DNA from: Burkholderiaceae bacterium
Lineage (GTDB): Bacteria > Pseudomonadota > Gammaproteobacteria > Burkholderiales > Burkholderiaceae_C
Reading direction: 5' to 3'
NCBI GenBank assembly: GCA_965218765.1
Contig: CBDCLU010000001.1
Span: 24,842-88,841 of the forward strand
DNA: 64,000 nucleotides
Each line of letters opens with the position of its first letter. Position 1 is the first letter of the stretch. The position numbers were made by a program, and so were the translations under genes. Below the pieces are notes generated by a model. That model ran no database searches. It had not been told where the DNA came from and saw only the letters and a list, made by a program, of their open reading frames with translations. Of the stretch, positions 50,396-58,547 are shown one piece after another.

Positions 50396-51005
50396 CTCGG
50401 AAAGCGCTTCACCTGATGGAGCAGCGGTGTCGAAAGCGAGTCCGCCATCGGTGGCGATCGGCGCTCGGCTGCGCCATGCGAGATTGACAAAGAGGCTGCG
50501 GCTCAAAGACTTGGCAGAGAGAGTCGGTGTTTCGCTGAGCCTGATCTCGAAATACGAGAACGACAAACTGTTGCCGTCGCTGACGGTATTGCACGCACTC
50601 GTGCGCGAGCTTGATACCGACATCGGAGCGCTGTTTTCACCTGACTGGGCGGCCAGCGGCTACGTGTTTCGCGCCGGCAAACGACCTCGCCTGTCGGCCG
50701 CTGGCGAGAACGGCGTTGTGGGCGTGGTGCTGGAGCCGTTGGTGCCGCACGGCCAGGGACACCTGTTGCAAGGCAACATCCATATCGTCTCACCCGGCGG
50801 CGGCAGCCTGGGATCGATTCGTCATGAAGGTGATGAAGTTGGGTACGTACTTGAGGGCCGACTCGAGTTGAATATTGAGGAAGATTGCTACAAGCTGGGA
50901 CCAGGCGATGCCTTTGCGTTTCCATCGCATCTTGCGCACAGCTACCGCAATTCGGGCCGGGCCACAGCCCGCGTGATATGGGTCAATACACCACCGACGT
51001 TCTAA
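50310..51005 (+). CDS. XRE-family transcriptional regulator with C-terminal cupin domain
   Basis: HTH IGARLRHARLTKRLRLKDLAERVGVSLSLISKYENDKLLPSLTVLHAL. Cupin HEGDEVGYVLEGRLEL ... GDAFAFPSHLAHSYRN. The true start may be GTG 50427 or 50451, because the first 40-47 aa are low-complexity. Confidence 0.8.
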   Translation: MSSAHASTKTKAVRRNTSSARKSAVGVAISESASPDGAAVSKASPPSVAIGARLRHARLTKRLRLKDLAERVGVSLSLISKYENDKLLPSLTVLHALVRELDTDIGALFSPDWAASGYVFRAGKRPRLSAAGENGVVGVVLEPLVPHGQGHLLQGNIHIVSPGGGSLGSIRHEGDEVGYVLEGRLELNIEEDCYKLGPGDAFAFPSHLAHSYRNSGRATARVIWVNTPPTF

Positions 51006-51089
51006 ATCTTCTGATTGGCTCGCACGGGCATAGGTCTTGCAACCTCTTGTTTTGCGCTTCTGCTTTCTTGGACACAGAGACGATTTCCA

Positions 51090-51941
51090 ATGAATCAAAT
51101 CAACCAAACGGCTGGAGTCGCTCCACTGCGTGTGGCGTGTTGCCAGATTGAACCGGTTGTTGGCCAGAAACAGTCCAATTTGGATCGCACCGCCAGCGCG
51201 ATTGGACGCGCAGTTGCACAAGGTGCATCTGTCATCGTGTTGCCAGAGCTTTGCAGCTCTGGCTATGTCTTCGACAGCCGTGCGGAGGCGATGGCACTGG
51301 CCGACGCATTCTCCGATGGCGAAACGACGACGTTATGGACGCAGCTTGCCGCCGAACATCATGTGACGATCGTCGGCGGCTTTGCTGAGCGCAGCGGCAA
51401 CACGCTGTACAACGCTGCTGCGGTGGTTGGTCCAAAGGGGCGAATCGGCCTCTATCGCAAAGTACATCTGTGGGGCGATGAAAACCTGTTCTTCGCGCCT
51501 GGTGACTTGGGTTTCCCGGTGTTTGCGACCGAACACGGCACGATCGGCGTTGCGATCTGCTACGACGGCTGGTTTCCTGAGAGCTATCGGAGCATGGCTC
51601 TGCAAGGAGCCGAATTGATCTGCGTGCCCACCAACTGGGTGCCGATCCCGGGCCAGGACCCCAATCGGGAGGCGATGGCCAACATCCTGACGATGGCAGC
51701 GGCGCATGCCAATTCGATCGTCATTGCTGCAGCTGATCGCATCGGTACCGAACGCGGCCAGCCATTCATCGGACAGAGCTTGATCACCAGCCACACTGGT
51801 TGGCCAGTCGCGGGCCCGGCGTCGGTCGACGACGAACAGATCCTGATTGCCGACGTCGACCTTGCGGAAGCAAAGCGCGCACGGCGGTGGAACGATTTCA
51901 ACCAAGTGCTCCGGGACCGTCGTCCGGAGTGCTATTCCTGA
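51090..51941 (+). CDS. carbon-nitrogen hydrolase (nitrilase superfamily amidase/carbamoylase-like)
   Basis: Glu-Lys-Cys triad contexts: VACCQIEP, LYRKVHLW and IGVAICYDGWFPE. Start taken at MNQINQ (51090). Confidence 0.82.
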   Translation: MNQINQTAGVAPLRVACCQIEPVVGQKQSNLDRTASAIGRAVAQGASVIVLPELCSSGYVFDSRAEAMALADAFSDGETTTLWTQLAAEHHVTIVGGFAERSGNTLYNAAAVVGPKGRIGLYRKVHLWGDENLFFAPGDLGFPVFATEHGTIGVAICYDGWFPESYRSMALQGAELICVPTNWVPIPGQDPNREAMANILTMAAAHANSIVIAAADRIGTERGQPFIGQSLITSHTGWPVAGPASVDDEQILIADVDLAEAKRARRWNDFNQVLRDRRPECYS

Positions 51942-51988
51942 GCGTCGCTGTTGCTCATCAGCATTTCCCATTTACCAACTGAGAACCC

Positions 51989-53158
51989 ATGACTATGAAT
52001 GCAATGAACTGGATGCGCACCACGGTGTTGGCGGGCGCTAGCCTGCTGGCGATTCACGCGCAAGCCGCTGACCCGATCAAGATTGGTATTCCGGTGGGCT
52101 TGAGCGGTGCCAACAGCGTGGTAGCGCCGTCGGTCGTGCAGGCGGCCGAACTTGCTGTCGAAGAGATCAATGCGAAGGGCGGCGTACTGGGTCGCCCGCT
52201 CGCGCTTGAAATCGCCGACGACGCCAGCGGCGCCGCTGGAGCGCAAAAGGCATTCGACTCACTCATCTTGCAGAAGAAAGTTGACGTGCTGATTTCCATG
52301 GAAACGAGTGCCGCACGCAATGCCGGACTACCCATCGTGCAGCGCAGCAAGACCCCCTATATCTACACCTCGTTCTACGAAGGGCGTTCCTGCAATAAGT
52401 ACATGTTTGTCAACGCATGGGTGCCAGAGCAGCAGGTGGCACCGATCGTCGATTACTTCATGAAAGACAAGAAGGCCAAAACCTTCTTCTTGATCGGCAG
52501 CGATTACGCATTCGGCCGCGGAATGCTTGACTTCACCAAAACCTACATTGGTAAGCAAGGCGGAAAAGTTGTCGGCGAAGAGTACCTGCCGATGGACGGC
52601 TCGGATTGGACGGCAGTGATCAATAAGCTGAAGTCAGCTAGTCCTGACGCGATCATCACGTCGACCGCTGGTGGTGCGCCCAACGTCACTCTGACCAAAC
52701 AGTTGCGCGCAGCTGGCATCACCGTGCCTTACGGCAATCTTGCAGTCGACGAGGGCACCGCCCGCGACATGGGTGACGTCGCTGAAGGGATGGTCATTGC
52801 AGGCTCTTATCTGACAACGATTGACAGCGCTGACAACAAATCTTTCATGGCAGCGATGCAAAAAAAATTCGGCTCTGGTTTGAAGACGCCAAATGACCTG
52901 TCTGTTCCGCAGTACGAGGCAGTCTATGCCTACAAGGCTGCAGTTGAGAAAGCTGGTTCGACCGATGCCGATAAGGTAATCGAAGCGCTTCCGACAGTAA
53001 AAGTTGACGGCCCGCGCGGAACCATTCAAATGGACAAGCAGCACCACGCAGCGCTGACGATGTACCTTGGGCAGGTGCAAAAGGACGGCAGTATCAAGCT
53101 GTTGGAAAGCTTCAAGAATGTTGACCCGGGCGAGCAGTGCCCGAAGCTCAAGGGATGA
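51989..53158 (+). CDS. ABC transporter substrate-binding protein (Leu/Ile/Val / amide-urea type, Peripla_BP_6)
   Basis: Signal peptide ...LLAIHAQAADP, then IKIGIPVGLSGANS. Followed by LivH/M/G/F-type genes. Confidence 0.82.
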   Translation: MTMNAMNWMRTTVLAGASLLAIHAQAADPIKIGIPVGLSGANSVVAPSVVQAAELAVEEINAKGGVLGRPLALEIADDASGAAGAQKAFDSLILQKKVDVLISMETSAARNAGLPIVQRSKTPYIYTSFYEGRSCNKYMFVNAWVPEQQVAPIVDYFMKDKKAKTFFLIGSDYAFGRGMLDFTKTYIGKQGGKVVGEEYLPMDGSDWTAVINKLKSASPDAIITSTAGGAPNVTLTKQLRAAGITVPYGNLAVDEGTARDMGDVAEGMVIAGSYLTTIDSADNKSFMAAMQKKFGSGLKTPNDLSVPQYEAVYAYKAAVEKAGSTDADKVIEALPTVKVDGPRGTIQMDKQHHAALTMYLGQVQKDGSIKLLESFKNVDPGEQCPKLKG

Positions 53159-53250
53159 GCTGACGTATGGACGCTCTGGTGTGAGCCAGAGCGTACTTCG
53201 CAAGAAACGGTCGGCGGCGCATGCGACCTTACTTACCGGACCCACGCGCC

Positions 53251-54084
53251 ATGTCCCTTTTTCTGGATATTCTCAGCACTGCAGCCATTCTGTTCATCGT
53301 CTCCTGCGGGCTGTTGCTGATTTTCGGTGTGATGAAGATCATCAATTTCGCACACGGCGGATTTCTAACGCTAGGTGGCTACGCACCTCTGCTGGTCACC
53401 CAGTGGGGTTGGAATCCGTGGCTGGGCGCGCCACTGGCGCTTCTTGTTGGATTGATTTTTGGCGCCATTGTGGAACGCGTCATCGTCAAGCCGCTTCACG
53501 CACGGCCACTCGATGCGATCCTTGCCACGTGGGGACTGGGCATCATCATTGGACAGCTGATCACGTTGGGCTTTGGCCGGAGCGTGCAATTCACTGAAAG
53601 CCCGCTATCGGGCACCATCCATATTGCCGGCGTTGACTACTCGGTTTATCGAGTCGTTTTGATTGGGTTGTCTTTGTTGATTGCCGCCGGCATTGCCGGT
53701 GTGCTCACCGGCACCCGGCTCGGCTTGATTACGCGCGCAGTGACGATGAACGAGACGCTGGCACGCGCGCTTGGTGTCAACAGCGCATGGGTGAGGCTGT
53801 CGACCTTCGCGTTCGGTGCTGGCTTGGCATGTCTGGCGGGTTCTCTGATTACGCCGTTATCGAGCGTCGACCCGAACATGGGCGTGCCGTGGCTGACCAA
53901 CGCCTTTATGTTGACGATGGTTTCCGGTGCATCGCTTCTGAGTTTGGGTATGGCGTGCTTGTTGCTCGGAGGCGCGCAGGTTTTGGTCAGCGTAACGATC
54001 AGCCCAATCCTTGGGGCACTGACGATTGTTGTTCTCGGCGCCATCGTGCTTCGCTTGCGTCCTGGAGGCTTCGCGCGTGGCTGA
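53251..54084 (+). CDS. branched-chain-amino-acid-type ABC permease (LivH-like)
   Basis: Polytopic. INFAHGGFLTLGGY and GLITRAVTMNETLARALGVN motifs. Confidence 0.82.
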   Translation: MSLFLDILSTAAILFIVSCGLLLIFGVMKIINFAHGGFLTLGGYAPLLVTQWGWNPWLGAPLALLVGLIFGAIVERVIVKPLHARPLDAILATWGLGIIIGQLITLGFGRSVQFTESPLSGTIHIAGVDYSVYRVVLIGLSLLIAAGIAGVLTGTRLGLITRAVTMNETLARALGVNSAWVRLSTFAFGAGLACLAGSLITPLSSVDPNMGVPWLTNAFMLTMVSGASLLSLGMACLLLGGAQVLVSVTISPILGALTIVVLGAIVLRLRPGGFARG

Positions 54085-55927
54085 GCGCGATACTGTCTCA
54101 GGGGGGACTCCGGTTGCCACGTCATCTCTACACGCGTCGGTGATCAGCCGGCGCTATCGCAATCTTGCCCTTCTAGGCTTGATCGTCGTGCTGATAGCGG
54201 CGAGTCCTTGGGTACTACCCGCATTCGCGCAGAACACGCTGGTGCGGTCATGCCTCTACGCAGTCGTTGCCATTACCGTAGATCTGCTCTGGGGTTATGC
54301 GGGCATCCTGACTTTTGGCCAAGCCACGTTCTTTGGCATCGGTGCCTATGCCGCTGGACTGATGTTCACCCATATCGGCTTCTCGCCGGGAATGGCAGCT
54401 CTGGCCCTGGCTGGCGGGGTTGTAGTGAGCATGGCGGTGGCAGCGCTCGTCGGCGTACTGTCGTTTTATCCCGGTGCATCTCCGCTCTATGCGTCCGTGG
54501 TGTCGCTGGTGCTTCCGATCGTCGCAACGCAAATCATCTTTGCCGGTGGCACCTTCACCGGTTCGAGCAGCGGTTTGTCGGGCTATGAGAGCTTCGACTT
54601 TGATATTCGTACGTGGCTGTGGATTGCTGCTGCCCTGTTGCTGATAACGACGATGGCAGCGCTGCGATTCGTTCGCAGCGATGTAGGCAGGTTGTTGATT
54701 GCGATCCGCGAGAACGAGTCCCGCTGCGACTACCTAGGGCTCAACACGTCGCGGATCAAGACGCTGTTGTTGGCGGGCATGGCAGCCGTCGCAGCCGTCG
54801 CCGGGTTCGTTTATGCCTGCTACGGTATGGTCGTTGCCCCGGAGATGGCTGGATTTCAGTTCGGCACCGAGATGATTATCTGGGTCGCACTCGGTGGACG
54901 CGGTACTGTGCTGGGGCCTGTCTTTGGTGCACTGTTCATTGACCTAAGTTCGTCCTACCTCAGCGGCGATTTTCCATTCGTATGGAAGCTGGTGCTCGGC
55001 ATCGCATTCGTTGTTGTCATCATCGTGATGCCCAAGGGGTTGCTGCCAGCGATCACCGGAATATTCCGTCGTCGCGGTGCTGACGTTGCGCCTGCGAAGC
55101 GAGAAGCGTCCTCCCGTTTGGTTGATGCGTCGACATTGCCGGGCGTCCGAGCCGAACCGCGCGGCCGGCTTGCCTTGAAAGTCGCCGGTGTCGCTAAGCA
55201 CTTCGGCAGCCTCAGTGTTCTGCACAACGTCAGCTTCGATGCTCACCACGGCGAGCTACTGTCGCTGGTCGGTCCCAACGGTGCTGGCAAGACAACGTTG
55301 ATGCGGTGCATCAGCGATGGTGCCGAACGATCGGCGGGACAGATCGAAGTAAACGATCACTCCATTGAACGTCTGCCACCGTTTCGTTGCGTTCGTATGG
55401 GTATCGGTCGCAAGTTCCAGACTGCCAACGTGTTCGAAGATTTGCGCGTAGTTGACGCCCTCGCGATTGCAAGGACCAGACTGTCGCGGCCGAGTCTGTG
55501 GCGTCGGAGCGAAGTCGTTGCGTTGCCGTCATCGGCACTGAGCATTGTTCAGACCACCGGACTCGATCGCGTTCTTGACCTGCCATGCCGACTTTTATCG
55601 CATGGTCAGAAACAGGCGCTTGAGCTTGCAATGGTGCTCACGCTGGAGCCAAACATCGTGCTGCTCGACGAGCCGACCGCTGGTCTGACCAAGCCCGAGC
55701 GTACGCAGATCGGCAATACCTTGCGTCGATTGACACAGGAATACGGGATGTGCGTCGTGCTGATCGAGCACGACCTCGACTTCGTCTGCGAGATCAGCTC
55801 CCGAGTGATCGTGTTGCACCAGGGAGAGATCGTTCTTGACGGATCGGTCGACGATGTTGTGCACTCCGAGCTTGTTCGGGACATTTACTCAGGTGCTGCA
55901 GCATTGCCACCGCAGTTGCAGTCATGA
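54077..55927 (+). CDS. fused LivM-like permease / LivG-like ATP-binding protein
   Basis: The GTG at 54077 overlaps the LivH stop (GTGGCTGA). The N-terminal half is polytopic (GYAGILTFGQATFFGIGAY, IRENESRCDYLGLN). The C-terminal half has Walker A GPNGAGKTT, signature LSHGQKQ and Walker B VLLDEPTAGL. There is no stop between the halves. Confidence 0.8.
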   Translation: MAERDTVSGGTPVATSSLHASVISRRYRNLALLGLIVVLIAASPWVLPAFAQNTLVRSCLYAVVAITVDLLWGYAGILTFGQATFFGIGAYAAGLMFTHIGFSPGMAALALAGGVVVSMAVAALVGVLSFYPGASPLYASVVSLVLPIVATQIIFAGGTFTGSSSGLSGYESFDFDIRTWLWIAAALLLITTMAALRFVRSDVGRLLIAIRENESRCDYLGLNTSRIKTLLLAGMAAVAAVAGFVYACYGMVVAPEMAGFQFGTEMIIWVALGGRGTVLGPVFGALFIDLSSSYLSGDFPFVWKLVLGIAFVVVIIVMPKGLLPAITGIFRRRGADVAPAKREASSRLVDASTLPGVRAEPRGRLALKVAGVAKHFGSLSVLHNVSFDAHHGELLSLVGPNGAGKTTLMRCISDGAERSAGQIEVNDHSIERLPPFRCVRMGIGRKFQTANVFEDLRVVDALAIARTRLSRPSLWRRSEVVALPSSALSIVQTTGLDRVLDLPCRLLSHGQKQALELAMVLTLEPNIVLLDEPTAGLTKPERTQIGNTLRRLTQEYGMCVVLIEHDLDFVCEISSRVIVLHQGEIVLDGSVDDVVHSELVRDIYSGAAALPPQLQS

Positions 55928-56694
55928 GCGCTGCCCAAATTAATGCTCCCAATGCGGCTGTCGAAGCCGGCTTAAAGGGGGTCGACGGTGCGCGCGATAT
56001 TCTGGTCCTGGACAGTCTGCGTTGCGGCTACGGTCAGGCTACGGTGATCCGGGACTTGAGCTTGCGTATCGCTCGTGGCGAAGCGGTCGCGTTGCTTGGC
56101 AAGAATGGAATGGGCAAGACGACGCTGCTGAAGGGCATTCTCGGTTTCCTGCCTCGCCAAGCAGGACAGGTTCATTTTGACGGCGACACAATAATGGCCG
56201 GGCAGCCGCATCTATTGGCCGATCGGGGCATTGCCTATGCTCCGCAGGAAAAGGCAGTCTTCCAGGATCTCAGCGTCGCTGACAACCTGCGAGTCGCGAT
56301 CGCCGACCGGCGTCGTTACAGGGATGGTCTGGAACGCATCGGCGCTTACTTTCCATTCATCCCGAAGCGGCTTCGTCAGAAGGCTGGTACGTTGTCGGGC
56401 GGAGAGCAGAAGATGATGATCCTTGCGCGAGCGCTGATGGCACAGCCCCGGCTTCTGTTGGTCGATGAGATTACGGAAGGACTTCAGCCATCTGTAATTG
56501 ACCGTATTTCGGGTGTGCTGCAAGCCGAACGTCGGGCGTCGTCAGTCGCTATGCTGATCGTCGAGCAAAACGTTTCGTTCGCGCTGAAAACTGCTGACCG
56601 CTATGCGGTGATGGAACGCGGCGAGCTCACTGTTCAGGGACGCGCTGATGAACAAGGTGCACACGACCGGATCATTGTCGAACTGGGAGTCTGA
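55924..56694 (+). CDS. LivF-like ABC ATP-binding protein
   Basis: Walker A GKNGMGKTT, signature LSGGEQKM, Walker B LLLVDEITEGL. ATGA overlap with the upstream gene. Confidence 0.85.
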   Translation: MSAAQINAPNAAVEAGLKGVDGARDILVLDSLRCGYGQATVIRDLSLRIARGEAVALLGKNGMGKTTLLKGILGFLPRQAGQVHFDGDTIMAGQPHLLADRGIAYAPQEKAVFQDLSVADNLRVAIADRRRYRDGLERIGAYFPFIPKRLRQKAGTLSGGEQKMMILARALMAQPRLLLVDEITEGLQPSVIDRISGVLQAERRASSVAMLIVEQNVSFALKTADRYAVMERGELTVQGRADEQGAHDRIIVELGV

Positions 56695-56696
56695 TC

Positions 56697-57419
56697 GTGC
56701 TTGAGCTCAACACGTTCTCGATCGTGGCGCGCTGCGCACGCACTGGAGAATTCGGTGTCGCTGTTGCGACCGCGGTGCCGGCGGTTGGCGCAATGTGCCC
56801 ATATCTGGTCGCTAGGGTGGGGGCGGCATCCACTCAGTCGTGGGTCAATCCCTATCTGGCAATTGACACGCTTCGGGCGATGGCAGCGGGTGTGCCCGCC
56901 GCAGATGCCTTAGCCAATGAACTGAAGAACGACGTTGATGCAGCAATGCGTCAAGTCGGTGTTATCGGCCGCGATGGTCCAGGGGTCGCGTGGACTGGTG
57001 AGGCTTGCACCGCGTGGCAGGGGCATTTGGTGGGAGACGATTTCGCAATCCAGGGCAACATGCTGACTGGCGGTAACACGCTGGATGCGATGCAAGCCGC
57101 CTTCATGAGTGATCCGTTGGCATCACTCGACGAACGTCTGATGAGTGCGCTTGAAGCGGGCGACCGCATTGGCGGCGACTTCCGAGGCAAGCAGTCTGCG
57201 ACTCTTCAGGTCGTTGGCGATGAGGAATACCGCAAGGTCGATCTGCGGGTTGATGAGCACACTGCGCCAGTGTCTGAGTTGCGCCGGTTACTGGAGATCG
57301 CTCGCCGACAACTGTTCCCATTCGTCGCCGGCATGCCAAAGCGCACCGGTACGTCATTGAAGCTGGGCGACGATGTGATGGCCATACTTCTGAGATCGCC
57401 ATCTAATCGCGCAAATTGA
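56697..57419 (+). CDS. DUF1028 family (Ntn-hydrolase-fold) protein
   Basis: N-terminal TFSIVARCARTGEFGVAVATAVPAVG and later FAIQGNML are characteristic of DUF1028. GTG start 2 nt after the LivF stop. Confidence 0.7.
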   Translation: MLELNTFSIVARCARTGEFGVAVATAVPAVGAMCPYLVARVGAASTQSWVNPYLAIDTLRAMAAGVPAADALANELKNDVDAAMRQVGVIGRDGPGVAWTGEACTAWQGHLVGDDFAIQGNMLTGGNTLDAMQAAFMSDPLASLDERLMSALEAGDRIGGDFRGKQSATLQVVGDEEYRKVDLRVDEHTAPVSELRRLLEIARRQLFPFVAGMPKRTGTSLKLGDDVMAILLRSPSNRAN

Positions 57420-57690
57420 TTTTCAGGTTACTGCGGCAACTTGGTACGTGGACCCACCGAGTGACTACATCTCGTCATGTCCACGCTTTTGCTTGCATAA
57501 GGCAAATGACACACAGCAAGGTATTGGACCGACAAGTTCGTCTTATTCAAGCAACCGGATTTTTGAGTGTTTCGGCGGCTTTGACTTCTACCATCTGCTA
57601 CAGCGTCTTGTTGCTTGAAATCCGAACCACACTTTTTATGAATGGTGGCTTGGAGCCGCACTACCCGCAGTGGTAGATGGAGGATCGGGA

Positions 57691-58521
57691 CTAAGCCACC
57701 TCCCGGCGGCCGATGAAATCGGCGATCGTATCGATGAACAGCTTTGGCGATTGCAACTGTGGCACATGGGCGCAGCTAGGGAGTTCGACAAGGCGTGCTT
57801 GCGGCAAGGAAGCAGTCAACTCACGCGACATCGGCGGCGGCGTTGCCTCGTCCATTTCGCCGACAACCACCAGCACCGGCACCGTAACGCGATCAAGCAA
57901 CGGTCGAAGGTCGAGAGAAGCCAGCGCAGCGCATGCGGCGTGAAAGGTAGAAGGTTCGACCGCGACGAATCGCTCCTTGCGCTCGGCAATCAATTCAGGA
58001 TGCTTAGCCTGGTATTCCGGTGCGAACAATCGACGCATCGCTACATCGGCAATCGCTTCAAGACCACCTTTCTCGGCTGCCGCCGACATGCCGCGAAAAG
58101 CAGCACGCCCGGACTCATTGAACGCTGCGCCGCAATCGGCAAGCACAAGGCTGTGCGCCAGCTGAGGATGGCGAATTGCTGTCAGCAGTGCAACGAAGCC
58201 CCCGTAGCCATTGCCTAACAGGATCGGTTGCTCGGCGAGAGCAAGTCGTTCGATTGACTCGGCGACGCGGTCAGCAACTGCTTCCAATCCTCCTGTGACA
58301 AAGCTGGAATCGCCGAACCCGGGGAGATCGAGCGCGATCACATGGTGCTGTTCGGCAAGCGTGCCGGCAACTCGATCCCAACTGCTACGGTCGGCCAGCA
58401 ACGAGTGAAACAGCACCAGTGGCCGGCCGCTGCCGCCGACCTGCATGCCGACGCGACCCGAGCCGGTATCGACAATTTTTGCCGTAAACGTGGCGGCGTT
58501 CAGGGTTGAAGTAAGGTTCAT
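57691..58521 (-). CDS. alpha/beta hydrolase (3-oxoadipate enol-lactonase-like)
   Basis: LVLFHSLLADRSSW, nucleophile elbow GNGYGG, C-terminal SCAHVPQLQSP. Confidence 0.78.
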   Translation of the reverse strand: MNLTSTLNAATFTAKIVDTGSGRVGMQVGGSGRPLVLFHSLLADRSSWDRVAGTLAEQHHVIALDLPGFGDSSFVTGGLEAVADRVAESIERLALAEQPILLGNGYGGFVALLTAIRHPQLAHSLVLADCGAAFNESGRAAFRGMSAAAEKGGLEAIADVAMRRLFAPEYQAKHPELIAERKERFVAVEPSTFHAACAALASLDLRPLLDRVTVPVLVVVGEMDEATPPPMSRELTASLPQARLVELPSCAHVPQLQSPKLFIDTIADFIGRREVA

Positions 58522-58547
58522 CGGAAGCTTTCTTTGAAGAAACGAGT

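Noticed and set aside
57416-57676. The 86-aa ORF in the convergent gap between DUF1028 and the alpha/beta hydrolase.
   Set aside because: No motif, odd composition, no clear RBS. It is probably non-coding spacer, though the AT-richer 270 nt could hold terminators.
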